Made by a program: the position numbers and the translations under genes | Assembly: GCA_951406725.2 (NCBI GenBank) | Contig: OX597815.1 | Coordinates: 148,924,001-148,988,000 of the forward strand | DNA length: 64,000 nt | Source: Octopus vulgaris | Lineage: Eukaryota | Reading direction: 5' to 3' | The notes under the pieces: model-generated | What the model saw: only the letters and a program-made list of their open reading frames with translations | What the model was told of the DNA's origin: nothing | Database searches by the model: none | Shown: piece by piece, positions 36,498 to 50,700 of the stretch | How positions within the stretch are numbered: position 1 is the first letter of the stretch | How the letters are laid out: each line of letters starts with the position of its first letter

Positions 36498-39134
36498 CAT
36501 GCACCAGAGCAGCCGGGGGTCCCGCCTAACCCTAGAGAATTAGAGCAACCAGCTCTGAGATTCTATATGATTCTGGAAGTAACTTTATCCTTTTTACACA
36601 TTCGCGAACATACACTTTCCAATTCTCAACAGTATATTTATTCGCTCTGTACGTCTCACCGTATAATGCTTCTCTGTACGAAATTTTCTCTATTAGAAAT
36701 CTCTAACTACTAACTGTTAACCCTGGAGACGTCAGTGTCTTTAATTCAAATTTAAGCAAAACCGTCCGTCCTTTTTTTTTTTTTTTCTCAATATTGGAGC
36801 TGGTGTCTCAGTGATTACAGATATTTTGTCATGTTAAATATAAATATTCTGCAATGAGATGATATCGGTGTGGCTGTCTTAAATAATACTATGGTGTATT
36901 TGAAAGGATATATAACAATAACTTCATATCAATTATCCTCAATCATCTTACAAATTTTGGATAAGAATTGAACAAAATATTTTGAGAGAAACGCAATTTT
37001 ATTACTTTCAATTGTTTGAAATATATAGTCTTTGTTTCGCAGAATTAACTTCATAAAACGTACAAAGAACTGGGCTAATTTTAAGCAATATATTTTGCTA
37101 ATGATTGTAATAAAGTGTGCGCCAAGTACTAAAAAGATGTAATAGCGTATTTATTGCTCACAATAAATCAAAGTATATAAAACATTAGAATATAGATCGG
37201 TATATAAACACTGACATAAATTTTGACTTATACATTTAATTTTCCAATTGACCTTGCCAACTATCGCTTTTCAATATAATAACTAATAATATCTAATTGT
37301 TGGCACAAGGCTTCAAAGTTTGGCTAGAGATTTGGTTAATTTACTCAATCAGTGGAATTGGCTGGTTTTTATTTTACCCAACTCAAAAGTATGAGTCTAT
37401 CCTGAAGAATGTTAATCTAAGCAGACAGTGGAATATATATAATGTACAGTAATTAAATGCTCCACGACGATATTTTGAGTTGAGCTGGTTAGGAATACCC
37501 CAGGGAATTTCTTTCAAGTATCTTTTGCATATTTAAAGAAGTCTTCCGAAAATATCTCGCTCTGAAATCTACGAGCCGAATTACTACGCATAACTCCCCA
37601 CGATTTCTTTTCCCGGTCGTACTACACAGAGAGCTATGACGATTGCCTGGCCATTACCGGACCATCTTCATTCTTTTCACTGAACTGTATTTGCTTACTT
37701 TCCTATTTTAAGCATGCATGCATTTTCTAGTAACGTATATTCTACGTTGTTTTGTTTTATTTTTCATTCTCTTATAGCTCCGGCTACTAATGTGATGAAG
37801 GTGTGATACTTTTGGGTGATACAGATGGAGAACATGTTGCTTTTCAATTGTAGCCGAAACAGGAGCAATAGATGACATCATCCAGTATTGCCTGAACACT
37901 GACTAACAGTACTCTATAATCTAGAGCCTGCTAACCTAGTTGGCCCATAAAATGCACCATACTACCTTCATTTTCCCCTTATACTCTTCCCAGTTCTTGA
38001 GACTATGTAGCTTTGAAGGACCTTTTACTATGACATAGATACTAGTAATTTTATTGTCCTATAACATGTCACACTTCTAGCTTGTTCCGGCGTCTATTAA
38101 AGGTATATGGACTCATATGCTTTGTGGCGTTTGGATTGATTAGTATATTTAAATTCCCTGCCACATTTCACCACTGTTTTTTTCCTAAGCTAACCAACCA
38201 CACAAGTTTGAATGCATATCTTCGAGAAGCTTTAGACCCACATAAATTCAAATTAATTCAAAGAACTATTTTATTTTCTGCTCCTAACCACTGAGGCAGG
38301 TATATCTGTTTACTGCTTAATCATGTACTCTGGCTCAGTATTCCGTCCTCAAGTATAATCTTTCATCCTCGATATAAAGGATATCTCTCGATATTTCCAA
38401 TATGTATCTCTTCCGTACGTCATTTCAATAAGCGATGGACAACCTCACATTCTTACTAAATCACAAATATATTGTTTTTCGAATTGCTTTTGATAGAGTA
38501 AATAAGTTCACAAAAATATTTAAGTTACTAATTTCTGAGAACTTCGTGTATGTCACTCTCTGTTTCTGGTAGTGATTATCTGTGGATTTCAAAATTATAT
38601 ATATATATATATGATTTTTCTTCCAACTAGTTTCACAAGACGATTGACCAGTCCACGCCCTTGTACCCAGCCACTGGGCGAAAAACCAAGTGAATATTTT
38701 TCTCAATAGTTTCGTCCTTTGCCATTTACTAGTGAACATAAAAATGAACCAAATTCACCCAATTAAGTTGATAAAATAATAGACAGCATTATTACAAATG
38801 TTGGGGTGTATCGTTGGTGAATATTTGTTACGTAAAATTGGCTTCACGATATAATTTATATCTAAAGTCAATGTAAAACGTAACTTTATTGTTCCTATTC
38901 GTATTAATTGTGTGAGCTGGACGTATTGCCGTTACATATACTATATAATGTTGATAACTAGTGTATGTTAAGTAATGTGCTGTTTTATGATTCTGTGTCA
39001 TGCTTCAATTAAACACTTGTGATATCAAAATTATCTGTTTAAACAAGGTTCTCACTGAAGAGTTACTTAGCGTGTTTGTTCGGGTTAACGTAGCACTTTT
39101 AGCGATTTCAATTATGTTAATTTGTCATCGACGA

Positions 39135-39185
39135 CAAAGAAGACGACGATGACGATGATCATACTGATGATGATAATGACGATGG

Positions 39186-39223
<38 letters not shown>

Positions 39224-39246
39224 ATGATGATGATGATGATGATGAG
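39135..39246. repeat. (GAT)n microsatellite
   Basis: Direct reading. Confidence 0.9.
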
Positions 39247-42200
39247 GTAAATTAGATGAACCAAATGATATATATGATGATAATGTTGATTATTGTGATG
39301 ATTGTTCCTCTAGCATACTGTCGGTGAAAGTGATATCGCACGAATCTAAATTAAACTAAACGAGGAATGTACTATTTAACACCATCTTTCAAGAATGTGT
39401 TTACATCATTCAGTTTAGAAAATCGAGGAAACGTTCAAATTAATAAGGAAATGCTTTTGATTGTTATCTATTTCGGCGATTGCGTTTTCTTTTTGTTTTA
39501 TATTCGCCAGTTACTATTTAATGGATGAGAAAATGTATTGGGTATGCATTGAACATTTTACTTCTTATTTTGAGATTTTCTTTTTTTAACGATTATCTGG
39601 TGTGTTTAGCTACACAATGGATGGAGAATTGCGAGAGAATGATCTTTTTCCTAAATGAATTCAAGTAATGGACTTCAGCTGTCAATTACATACAAGCCAT
39701 TAATTCGCTAACAATTGAACCACAGACCTAAATTTGTTTGGCGCTGAATTAAAATACGGTAATAAATAAGTGGAATAAAACTACCATTCTGCGAAGTAAT
39801 TTTCTTAAAAGTGTTGTTTTTTTTCTGCAATCTATTTCTTTATATATTTATATTTTAACCGAATCTGCTTCTAGTCTAATCTGTGGTATTTAGTTCAACT
39901 TCATGAACTAAAATTGTGTACAATTGTCGCTTAGATCGAATTCTAATAATACAATTAGATGTCAAGTGCCTTCACGCTAGATAGGCGAATGAGTATCTGT
40001 CTGCTTTTCTCATTTTATTTAATTCGGTGTTTCCTAGTAACAAAATTTCTTTTCATAAATGAGAAGTTATTGGGGAAATATATATTAACAAAATCGAAAA
40101 ATTACTTAGAGGGATCTACTTAAACGATGCAACTAAAAACTTATCCCGAAGCGTGGAAAGTATGTTCGGCGGTCAGCCTCGGAAAATACGCATGATAATT
40201 CTCGAAAAGTTTACCACCGTAGCTGTTTTTTATTTGTCGAGACAATCTGTGAATGAGAAAACAGTCTGAACATCAAATACTTTCAAAAAATTAATAAACC
40301 GTTATGGTAATGTCAAACCAATCGGCTGCAGATAAGAGGTCATATGTTTGTCGTTTGCTAGTTACTTCCTCAATCAAAATTTCAACCTTTCAGTTTGTTT
40401 ACATTATCTTCAAAAGACAAAGCACGTATATACTAACATGTTAAAAAGGCAGAATGCATTTTATGTAAGTGTGGTTGTGTGTGTGTTTGTGTGTGTGAGA
40501 GAGAGAGGCGGGGATTATCCAGGGTTCATGAAAATACACACTTAATCGCTGGCATATGTAGTAGTATTTTGCATTCCCTTTGCAATAAAGATAGCCACCA
40601 TATTTGGAATGTTACTCATCACGCTGTCTTCTACATATTGCATTACTTAAGCACTAAATTAAGTTACATATACAAATCCATCAAATTATACTTAGGAAGA
40701 AAGAACATTTTGTAATTACTCATTTTTTTAGGGGAAAATATGTAATGTAATTATTACATGCATCACCAACTAAAACCAGAATTGCTCGCAGTGGATCTCC
40801 TATGTTATCGTCTGGTTTGGGTTTCAAAGTTCAAAGTGGATTAAACTATTTATATCCCACAAACAAAACAACAACACCGTACGTGGGTGAAGAACTTCTT
40901 TAGCCTGGAGGGGGGAGTCTCATTTCCCTACCCACCGTTTTCAGCGTTTGACATTTTTATAGAGAACCTATTTCTCGTTAGCAGTAACTATTCGGTCCCA
41001 ACATGGTTAATTCGTGAGATGTGACAGCAATGAGGGGAACACACTCACTCTCTGCGCGCGATTATAATTGGAAAGATAATGAGAACCCCCATTGACCCTA
41101 TTAGCTGACTTTTCCTAAACCACACATTTGTCCATATATGCTTCAATGACCAAATCCAAGTTTCTCTGCTAGTTTCTGAACAGTTAAGATGGGAACCGGC
41201 TCGAAATTTCTGGAACCACCGTTGACACTGGCTTACGTTTATTGTCTGATCCCCATATACAGCATTAATATTCTCGTACTTTCCGTTGTGTCATTACCTT
41301 TATTGAAGTCATAAAGAAAACTTACTCAATTGTCACTTAAATTCTAGCTATGGAAAAATAACTGTTAAAATCGGTTTGCACTCATCAAAACTTGCACTAG
41401 GAATAAGTACAATTGTAAATTACTACCAGCTTACATATCTAATTGATGCAAGTTGTCAACCCCGTCCCGCTCCAGCTTTTAGTTCATATAATTAAAAAGA
41501 AAATGCATTATTTATAGGATGACACATTACAACGTAGTCATTGCATGGCATAAATTCCAGTGTGATCTTATTTTATATATATATATATATATTCTGAATC
41601 TCTTGCTGCAGTATATATTGTAGCAATATTCACTTCGCAGTGGTACAACACTGTTTTATGTAAGTATATAAAACTGTTTGTTATTAATTTCTAAAAATTG
41701 CGAGAATATGATTGGCTGAAATTTAATAATTATTTTCAAAACTATGTAGAATTTTTGTTGAGTTTCTTTAGTTTTCATAGGTCGAAAGGTGAATAGGAAA
41801 TACATTAGAAGTAGCATACACAATCCACTGAAATTTTCCTATAAAGTTAAAATGATTTGCCGACCAAAGGCAGACAAGTTTTGCGAGTAGAAATGATTGT
41901 GAATTAATTTAAACCAGCTTCTGACTTTAGTTTCTTATAGTAAGTGTTATATGCCTTTATATTATCAGATCTATGCATTTCTACAGAAATTTGATACGTT
42001 TCCATGATTTACAATTTTCTTGTAGTTCCCCAAATACAAAAGCCTCATAAAACCAATGTTTATTTAGTTTCTTCAAAATGATTGCCTTATTGCCTTTGCA
42101 TTCGGCAAATTAAATTAACAAACACGAAGGGAAATTGAGTCAGAGATTGCTTAACATCTCATTTTACTCCATTAATGTCCATGTTATTGTTTCATTCTGC

Positions 42201-43168
42201 ATTAAATTGCATTAAAATCTACCGATAGACATTTATTCACATTGTGACATCTGATTGCTCGGTGATAATATGGTTGAAGTCGTAGCTGATTATATTCTTT
42301 GTAATCGACACCAGTATAATTTTGCTGCTGCGGAATTCAAATATTCATTTATGGTTTTCCATAAAGGGTACAATTTTCTAAAAGTGAATGACTAGCGTTG
42401 CTTTTAAAATGGATTGTTCGCATTATCTAACGACTTATGAACGTATGTTGTAGGTGTTATGCGCGTATACATATGAGTATTATCAAGGGAATGCATCTGT
42501 AGCTCTAGTACATGTAGAAGTTATTCAAGGTAGTTCCTTTAATGGACATAATAAATTACCCTGTAGTTAGATTATTATGCGAATTCTCCTAATTTAATAT
42601 AGCGAACTATGAGCAGGTTAATAACAGAACATATCGTATAACACATTTCCTATGACAAATATGGAACGTATACTTATGCTACATACAAAGTATTACACAT
42701 CAGACATCATCGTTAACAAGAACGTATGTATGTTATAAGACCTAAGTATTTTATTAATTAAAATAAACAGTATCCTCACCAGATTTTATAATCTAAAACC
42801 AGCAACGAGGGCGCCATTTTTGAGAAATACACGCTAACACACAGATTAAATAACCATGTATGTTTATCTCGGTAATGTAAAAATGTTCTGCATATTGGAG
42901 TTACTAACATGTGACATAAGATACTCCAGATATTTTTAAAGAATTTGTATCCAGTAGACATTGCGTCAGAACAGATCCGAACTAATCACGATGTATTGAG
43001 CTAATAATGGCAACTCTACTTTGTAGCTCGGCTCTACAAAACAAGAACGTATATTGGATGACCTACTATTGTAGCCCAAATGACACCACTCGTTGCCCAT
43101 ATAAACATGAGTTATGTGTATTACTTTAAATATATATGTATATACATATATATGTGCGTGTATAGTTA

Positions 43169-43234
<66 letters not shown>

Positions 43235-43239
43235 CATTT

Positions 43240-43475
43240 TCTTTATTATCTCCTCTTCTTCGTAGCTCTTCTGTGTGACCCCTCTGTCCGGCATTCGCTA
43301 GCCACTACACATTCTTTATTTTCTCTCCTTGTTTATTTCCATGCTTATTTCTGTGGAAGAGCGTACGCTCGAAATATAAACATTTTGTTCACTTCCCGAG
43401 CGTTAAACTAATGCATCTGTTTGTTGTCTAAAACCACCTGTCTACGTCTTTTGTTTTTTTGTGAAATCTCCCTAT
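43240..43475 (+). mobile_element. Penelope-type pseudo-LTR fragment in (TA)n
   Basis: Degenerate core CTGTGGA-AGAGC-GTAC-GCTC-GAAAT at 43351-43375 followed by a T-rich tail. Confidence 0.45.
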
Positions 43476-43480
43476 ATATA

Positions 43481-44735
43481 TTTTTTTTTCTGGTTTCAGC
43501 TCAGAGCTGCGGCCATGCTGATGCACCGCCGTTTTGTGCTACACTGTTATTATGACGAACCTCGTCTAGTGTGTGGCACTTGGTGAAGAATGGAGTTTGA
43601 TACAGCTACTCTCATTTGCACCTCTTGCCGTGAGGTAGGTTCATCTGGGACTCTTGACAGGAAGATGTCCAGCTTTGATTTAAAAACCGCTACATCTACT
43701 TTGTGCAAGTTCCTCAGACTCTTTGGGAGAATATTAAAAAGCTGTGGACCCTTGAAACCCAGGCTGTTGCAGAAGCTGGTCCTGAAGCGTGATGGCATTG
43801 CTGGGATCTTTGGCACTATGCAGTCTCGTCCCGTTCTAGCATTGGTGTAGCTTACAATGCCAAAATTTGGCACAATTCCTTCCAGGATCTTCCAAACATA
43901 TATTACTGCATATCTCTCCCGTCTTCTCTCCAGGGAGTAGAGTCTTAGCTGTTTCAACCTTTCCCAGTAGCTGAGCTGTTGCAAAGAGACGATCTTCTTT
44001 GTGAATCTTCTCTGGATTGCTTCAAGGTCCGCTGTTAATTTTACACTGGTGGGTGACCATAGCAGTGAGCAGTAATCCAGGTGACTGAGGACGAATGTCA
44101 GCCAGAGGACAATCATGGCTTCCTTATCTCTGGTTCTGAATGTTCTTAGGATCCACCCAGCCAGTCGATTGCACTTTGTCGCCATCCTGGTAATGTGCAC
44201 TTGGAAAGAGGTATCATCACTCATGTCGATACCCAGGTCCCTCACAGACTTAGGCTCTGGGATTGAAATTCCCTGTGGACCGGTGTATCCTGTAAGTTTA
44301 ATATTAAGTTTTGGATGCTGGTAGCGCAGGGCCTGGAATTTTTCAGCATTAAACTGCATATTATTATCCTCAGCCCATCTGTAGATTGAGTCCAACACCT
44401 GCTGCAGGTGTGCAACTTCGCTGGGGTTCTGTATTTTCTGCGAGACTTTCGTATCGTCTGCATAGATGGCCAGAGTGGCTATCCGGGCATTTGAGGGCAT
44501 ATCTGAAAGGGCAACTATAAAAAGCAGTGGTCCCAAGACAGTACCCTGTGGAACACCGCTCACTATTTGTGTGTTCATAGAGGTGGCTCCATTAACCACT
44601 ACTGCCTGACTCCTATCTTTCAGGAAGTCATGCAACCACACTCCAAGTTTTCCAGCTATGACGAGGTCACGTAATTTGTGGCATATCATACCATGATCCA
44701 CCTTGTCAAAAGCTATTGCAAAATCAAGGTAGATT
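43481..44735 (-). mobile_element. CR1-group LINE, 5'-truncated, with an uninterrupted RT C-terminal ORF (43550-44735)
   Basis: [47 protein letters not shown]. 3'UTR stem-loop and A-rich tail at 43481-43530. Confidence 0.92.
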
Positions 44736-44744
44736 ATATATATA

Positions 44745-44797
<53 letters not shown>

Positions 44798-44828
44798 ACA
44801 TATATATATATATATGCATATACATATA

Positions 44829-44899
<71 letters not shown>

Positions 44900-44903
44900 G
44901 TAC

Positions 44904-44973
<70 letters not shown>

Positions 44974-45017
44974 ATATATACATATCTGTGTATGTATATA
45001 TATATATATATATATTC

Positions 45018-45057
<40 letters not shown>

Positions 45058-45446
45058 TATATCAATATATCAACCAGCATAGACATATATGTGCAAATTA
45101 AATTTGTGTCCATTCATATTAACCCATATATAATAAATTGAGCAGAAATTAGTGAGCATCAAATTACGGTATCCATAACGTTAACATCATTGCTTGTGCA
45201 ACGATATTTAATATTTATATATTTAATTCCATCATTTCAGTGATTTTCTACCTTCCCCAAATGCAATATATTATATATTTAATAGTTCTCATAGAGAACA
45301 ATTTAGTCCGGTTGCGGAAGACTTTGCTCGACTTAGGAGTTATGCTCAATGAAAAAGCTTTCTACAGATCCTAGCTTAGAATTTTTAATAAAAAATTTAT
45401 CCTTACAAAGAAAGCGTATTTATAATGTATTCTTTCATTTGTTTAT

Positions 45447-45813
45447 TCTTTTACTTGTTTCAGTCACTTGACTGAGACCATGCTGGAGCACCGCCTTTAT
45501 TCGGACAAATCGACTGCAGGACTTCTTCTTTGTAAGATTTGTACGTATCCTATCGGTCTCTTATTTGTGAAACAGTTAGTTACGGAGACGTAAACACACC
45601 GACATCAGTTATCAAGCAATGGGGGGGGGGAAGACAAACACACACATATTTATATACGACGGACATATTCCAGTTTCCGTCTAGCAAATCCATTCACAAG
45701 TCAGCTCGTGGTTATAGCAGAAGACAATTGCTGAACGTGCCACGCAGTGGGACTGAACCTGGAATCATGTGGTTAGTAGCAAGCTACTTAGCACACAGCC
45801 ACTGCTGCGCCTG
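45447..45813 (-). mobile_element. tRNA-derived SINE with a CR1-derived 3' tail
   Basis: Head GGCGCAGCAGTGGCTGTGTGCTAAG...GGTTCAGTCCC. Tail GGCGGTGCTCCAGCATGG..CAGTCAAGTGACTGAAACAAG matches the LINE 3' end at 43490-43530. Confidence 0.8.
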
Positions 45814-47385
45814 TCTATGGCCACTCTATATTTTCTACACTATAAGGTATATATAAGCTAATAGAAATGCGTATGCATCAAAATGCAGTCATACATATTG
45901 ACATATGAAACAGAATATATAAATCTTTATATATAACGACTATTCTGTTCCCCTAAATTACAGGAGAATTGAGCGGAAACTTTTATGTTCAATTACAATG
46001 CCTTATCCTTCATTGTGTATATGTTTATAGTGAACATTTCTGCTTGATATATTGTGAGAATAGTTTATGAGATTATTGTTAATGAGAGTGGTGTATGAGC
46101 CTTATTTCATGCGTGAAATGTGAATGATACCTATTTTCTATGTGAGAAGTGTAGCATATCTTGGTTCAGAAACGGAGGTATAGATTGATAATATTTCAAA
46201 AGTGACTCACACTACATCTTGCTTGATGCATGCTTGTCAGTAGCATTGTATACCGATTAAGACGTAATTTAGTATTTAATGATCGATATGCAGGTGTAGT
46301 AATTATAGAAATTTTCATTTGCCAGAAGTTTCATTTATTTCAGACAACTATATGATAGCACATAATCTTGCTAGTGATTCATCGAGGATATGATAAACAT
46401 AAAGTAAATCATATGTCTATTTGTGAGCGAAAATGAAAAACAAAAATGTTATGCTACGAGTGAATATACCGATGTTATTATAAAGCAGGTTTAAATACCT
46501 GGAAATAAGTAAACACAAAAGGAAGAGTGAATAAACAGGCAAAGAATTGATTAAAACTCAGCTAAAGTAGAAGTAAGGCAGAATATACAGAAAACAGAAT
46601 ATCAAGAAAATGTGAAGGAGGCTGACGGTATATGAATGCTCAACGTAAATATATATCGGAAGACGCTGCAATACAATACTTATGTGAAGAGATGAGATTC
46701 AACAAAAATTGTAAAAGGGATAATAAAGATGCATTTATGAAAAAGCAAAATATACTTGTGAAACGGAAGAGCAAGAAAGAGATTTCAACAGCTAAAGAAT
46801 AAAAGGTAGTTCATGGGCGATGCAAGCCGTAAGAAAGTTGTTACATATAGCATAAAAATACATAAAACATATCAGATAGTAATTATTGTAAAATGTAGGG
46901 TTACGCATTTAATGGGGTACAGACTGAATTGGTAAAGCTTTAGAAGTATTGACGTTGATATGAAGAACCAAGAAAAATTTTGGCTTTTAATGAAAACACC
47001 AATTACTCAAAGCATTGCCAAAATTTACTATGAAATACAAAGTAAATATGGGTAATGCTCCAAAATGATAAGCAGCATAATTCCAGAAAAATTACGAGTT
47101 GAAATCGGTAAGTGTATATTATATTTGTGGACATAATAAAAAGCTTTCATAAACCTTAAATTATTAAAGATTATTAGAGTGTATTTTATGATATGATGTA
47201 TTTTTATATGATTATTTTCATACATAAAGTTATGAGATATTTCAGGCAGATAACTATTTGAAACCTCCAGATCCAATAACGGTAAACAGAAATTTAGGAT
47301 GTGTTTTGTCTCCTATATTTTTACAAATGTATATGTATGTATGTATATAAGTATGCATGTATGTATGTATGTATATATGTATACT

Positions 47386-47435
<50 letters not shown>

Positions 47436-47486
47436 ACATATATATATATACATACGCATACATACACACATATATATATATATATC

Positions 47487-47518
<32 letters not shown>

Positions 47519-47558
47519 ATTAACAGAATGAGAAATATTTCAGTACAATTATAAAGAT

Positions 47559-47606
47559 GTCTTACACCTGTTTCCGGGATATTTAATATATCCTTTCATC
47601 GGAGAC
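47559..47606 (-). ncRNA. Degenerate minimal hammerhead ribozyme motif
   Basis: GTCT-CCGATGA-AAGGATA TATTAAA TATCCCG-GAAAC-AGGT-GTA-AGAC. Stem I intact, one core substitution. Confidence 0.55.
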
Positions 47607-47647
47607 GGTGTTTATATATATATACATATATATATATACATAAATAC

Positions 47648-48000
47648 GACCCCGTCGGACACGAAACACCATGTGTGCATCTAAGAGGTTCCCCTCCTGG
47701 GGACAAATCTGGGCGGAAAATCACATCAGCGGCGAACGCACAACCTAGGCTTGATTTTATGGAAAACCAGCAGCCGCCCTTGCATACCAGCCTCCACTCT
47801 CCACCCCACTGATTTTATCCAAGGGAACGGCAAAGGAAACGATACAGCTTGACACGTCCCAACTTATTTCTACACCTGAGTGAACTGGAGCAACAAGAAA
47901 TAACGTGACTTGATGAAGAATACAACACGCAGCCTGCTCCGGGAATCGAACACAAAACCTCATGATCGTAAGGTTGCCGCTCAAACCACAGAGCCATGCG
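47648..48000 (-). mobile_element. tRNA-derived CORE-like SINE, family of 15034-15360
   Basis: Collinear similarity with the 15-kb copy. B box GTTCGATTCCC on the minus strand. Confidence 0.75.
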
Positions 48001-48080
48001 CTTTTACACACACACACAGGCATACATACATATACATAGATGTATATATATACATATATACATACACACACACACACACG

Positions 48081-48170
48081 TATTTATATATATTGACTTC
48101 TCTACAACCTAATATATGATTAATTGCACGTACACGCGTACACAATCCCACACACTTCTACACCCACACA

Positions 48171-48226
<56 letters not shown>

Positions 48227-48403
48227 CATATATACATATATACATATATACATATATACACATATATACACACACACGCACGCACACACAAGTATAAATA
48301 TATATTAATAAGTGTGTGGGTGTAGAAGTGTGTGGGATTGTGTACGCATGTACGTGCTATTAATCATATATTAGTTTGTGGGGAAGTCAATATACATAAA
48401 TAT
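48081..48403. repeat. ~95-bp inverted repeat bracketing a (TA)n/(CA)n tract
   Basis: ATTGACTTC...TACACAATCCCACACACTTCTACACCCACACACTTAT (about 48081-48175) versus its reverse complement at about 48308-48403. Confidence 0.85.
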
Positions 48404-49190
48404 TTTTCCTTGGCATACTGTCATGTTTCAACCGAAATTGGTAATCGAATAATTGAGATTTATGTAATGCTTAAACGAGAATACGAGTGTTGAATTTGTT
48501 GACACAACTCGCAAATATTAAGCTTAGTGGAAGTCTGCATCGACGCAAAATATATGATATTGGTAAATTTAAATTGTCTAATGATCTAATGAATATGTGC
48601 TATTTTGTGCTCTCGGTACATTTGACGCACTTACTATATAGTAATTACTTGTAATGTATATATATATATATATTTAATTTTACTAATATTTAGGCTTCAA
48701 GCCTTTTAATCACTAAGTGATTCTTGCCATTTGCCTCACACGCAAATGCTACGTCTCACACAATACGCACACATGCACACACACACAGACATTCACATAC
48801 GTTCATATCATTCCGTAGCCGTCACTCGGATACGTTAAATGAGCAAGCAAATAATATAGTTTCCTTACAACTGTAGATATTTGTGTCATCGCAAGCAGAC
48901 ATAAACGCATTCTCATCCTCTTGCCCTCCTTCGTATGTAACAACGTGATAATTGTTGTATCTAGGGTCTGCTGTTATACCATCTTTTTTTATGATTTATT
49001 TGTTCATTTTATGTAGATTGTGTAACGTGAAATGTCACATTCTCGAGGAAACCATTCCGAGACTCAGTTGCCGACAGCCCAGCAGGAATGTCTTTTACGT
49101 GTCTTCTATTACACTCACAAAAATTACAAGTATGTGTTTCTGTCTGTATATAAGTATGTAAGTATGCAAACATGTATGTATGTATACATA

Positions 49191-49260
<70 letters not shown>

Positions 49261-49289
49261 CCAGATTAAGCACATACATTTGAAGCAAG

Positions 49290-49560
49290 GTAGGAAAAAT
49301 AGAACTCGAATACTGGAGTGAGAGTAATATGCTTTATTATTAAATCTGCAAAAATATCACCAAAAAAACTGCTTTACACAATTTCATGTTCCTGTTTGTC
49401 GGACAGTGACGAACGGGAACGTGAAACTGTGATCGAAATACGAGACTAGAGAAACAGCCCAAAACTGATGAAGGGTCGTTATTTATGTTTATTTTGTTCT
49501 ATGTACTTATGATTCGTACTTTTTTGTTGTACACGTTTAATGACGTCCTGTCCCCATATA

Positions 49561-49610
<50 letters not shown>

Positions 49611-49804
49611 TGAATCTAATGCGCTTGGCTTAGACTTTCCTTTGGGGCTGGCCAGATCGGAGCAATCTCAAGATTAATCAGCCGAAATTGCGAAGATGAT
49701 CCGGTTCTTCACTGAAGATTGAAGGCTTCGGATGTCCCGTCCGTGTTTTTTGTATCGTCTTCTAAACGTTTTACGTTCTTGTCCCAGTTTGTATTTTTTA
49801 AATT

Positions 49805-49810
<6 letters not shown>
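49290..49810. mobile_element. Cluster of Penelope-type pseudo-LTR fragments
   Basis: Hairpin TTCATGTTCCTGTTTGTC/GACGAACGGGAACGTGAA at about 49383-49425, CTGATGAAGGG at 49465. 49630-49800 is similar to 59430-59590. Confidence 0.5.
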
Positions 49811-49875
<65 letters not shown>

Positions 49876-50399
49876 CATTAAAGACCCGTCGTTGCCGGGT
49901 CATATTGCTAGTGCATGTATATATGTGTATATATATGTGTACATATTACATGTACATCTATTTATATACAGCTACACATAAAATGCAAAATACAATGTTA
50001 TATCTTGATATCGCTAGTGATAACAATACTCAAAATATATAACAGACTGGAATTGTTAGCTCTTCTTTTTTCTCTACATTACGTACTTTATAGACAATAG
50101 TATTTTCTTCAATTTAATTTGTTATTATCCATCTGGACTATTCCACTTCTGCACGCTAATTTTATTTTTAATTTATTCCCATTCATGTGAAACCAGTCGT
50201 TCAAGTTCAAATCAGTGATGCAGTTTTATACCAGTTGCTATTTTTACTCTTGTTATGTTATGATTATATTATACTTTAGTTTTATTTTACTTATTACTTA
50301 CTACATATAATTCAATTGTTATTATTTTTATTGTTAATGTGAAAGCATCTGACATAAAATAGAGAAATATTTTTGTTTCACTTTTAACACGTAATACTG

Positions 50400-50598
50400 A
50401 AATAGTGGAGAAGATATGATATTGCTATGGGCTCGCTCTAGGCAAGAAGTTGAACATTGTTTTTGGCCGATGAAACTCCCCGGACCCTAAGTAAGGCATG
50501 TGTAAAATTTGAATGAAATTGGTTGTGTAGTTCTCAAGTTCTAGAGAAACACACAGACAGACAGACACACATTCTCAGTTTTATATAAATAAAGATGT
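50400..50598 (+). mobile_element. Possible non-autonomous Helitron-type (Lep1/DINE-like) 3' end
   Basis: AAAATTTGAATGAAATTGGTTG..TAGTTCTCAAGTT followed by (ACAG)n and TTTTATATA..AGAT, resembling the Lep1/DINE layout from recall. Confidence 0.35.
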
Positions 50599-50664
50599 AT
50601 ATGTATAGATATATGTAAATATATGTATATATGGATATATAAATATATATATTATATTTATATA

Positions 50665-50700
<36 letters not shown>

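Noticed and set aside
36700-43100. Repeat-poor unique stretch that might hold exons or enhancers
   Set aside because: No convincing exon (splice sites plus open frame) or recognisable motif was found on either strand. Conservation data would be needed.
33560-44735. Idea that the APE half (33.6-36 kb) and the RT half (43.5-44.7 kb) are one split LINE
   Set aside because: Both are on the minus strand but in the wrong order, and they differ greatly in decay.
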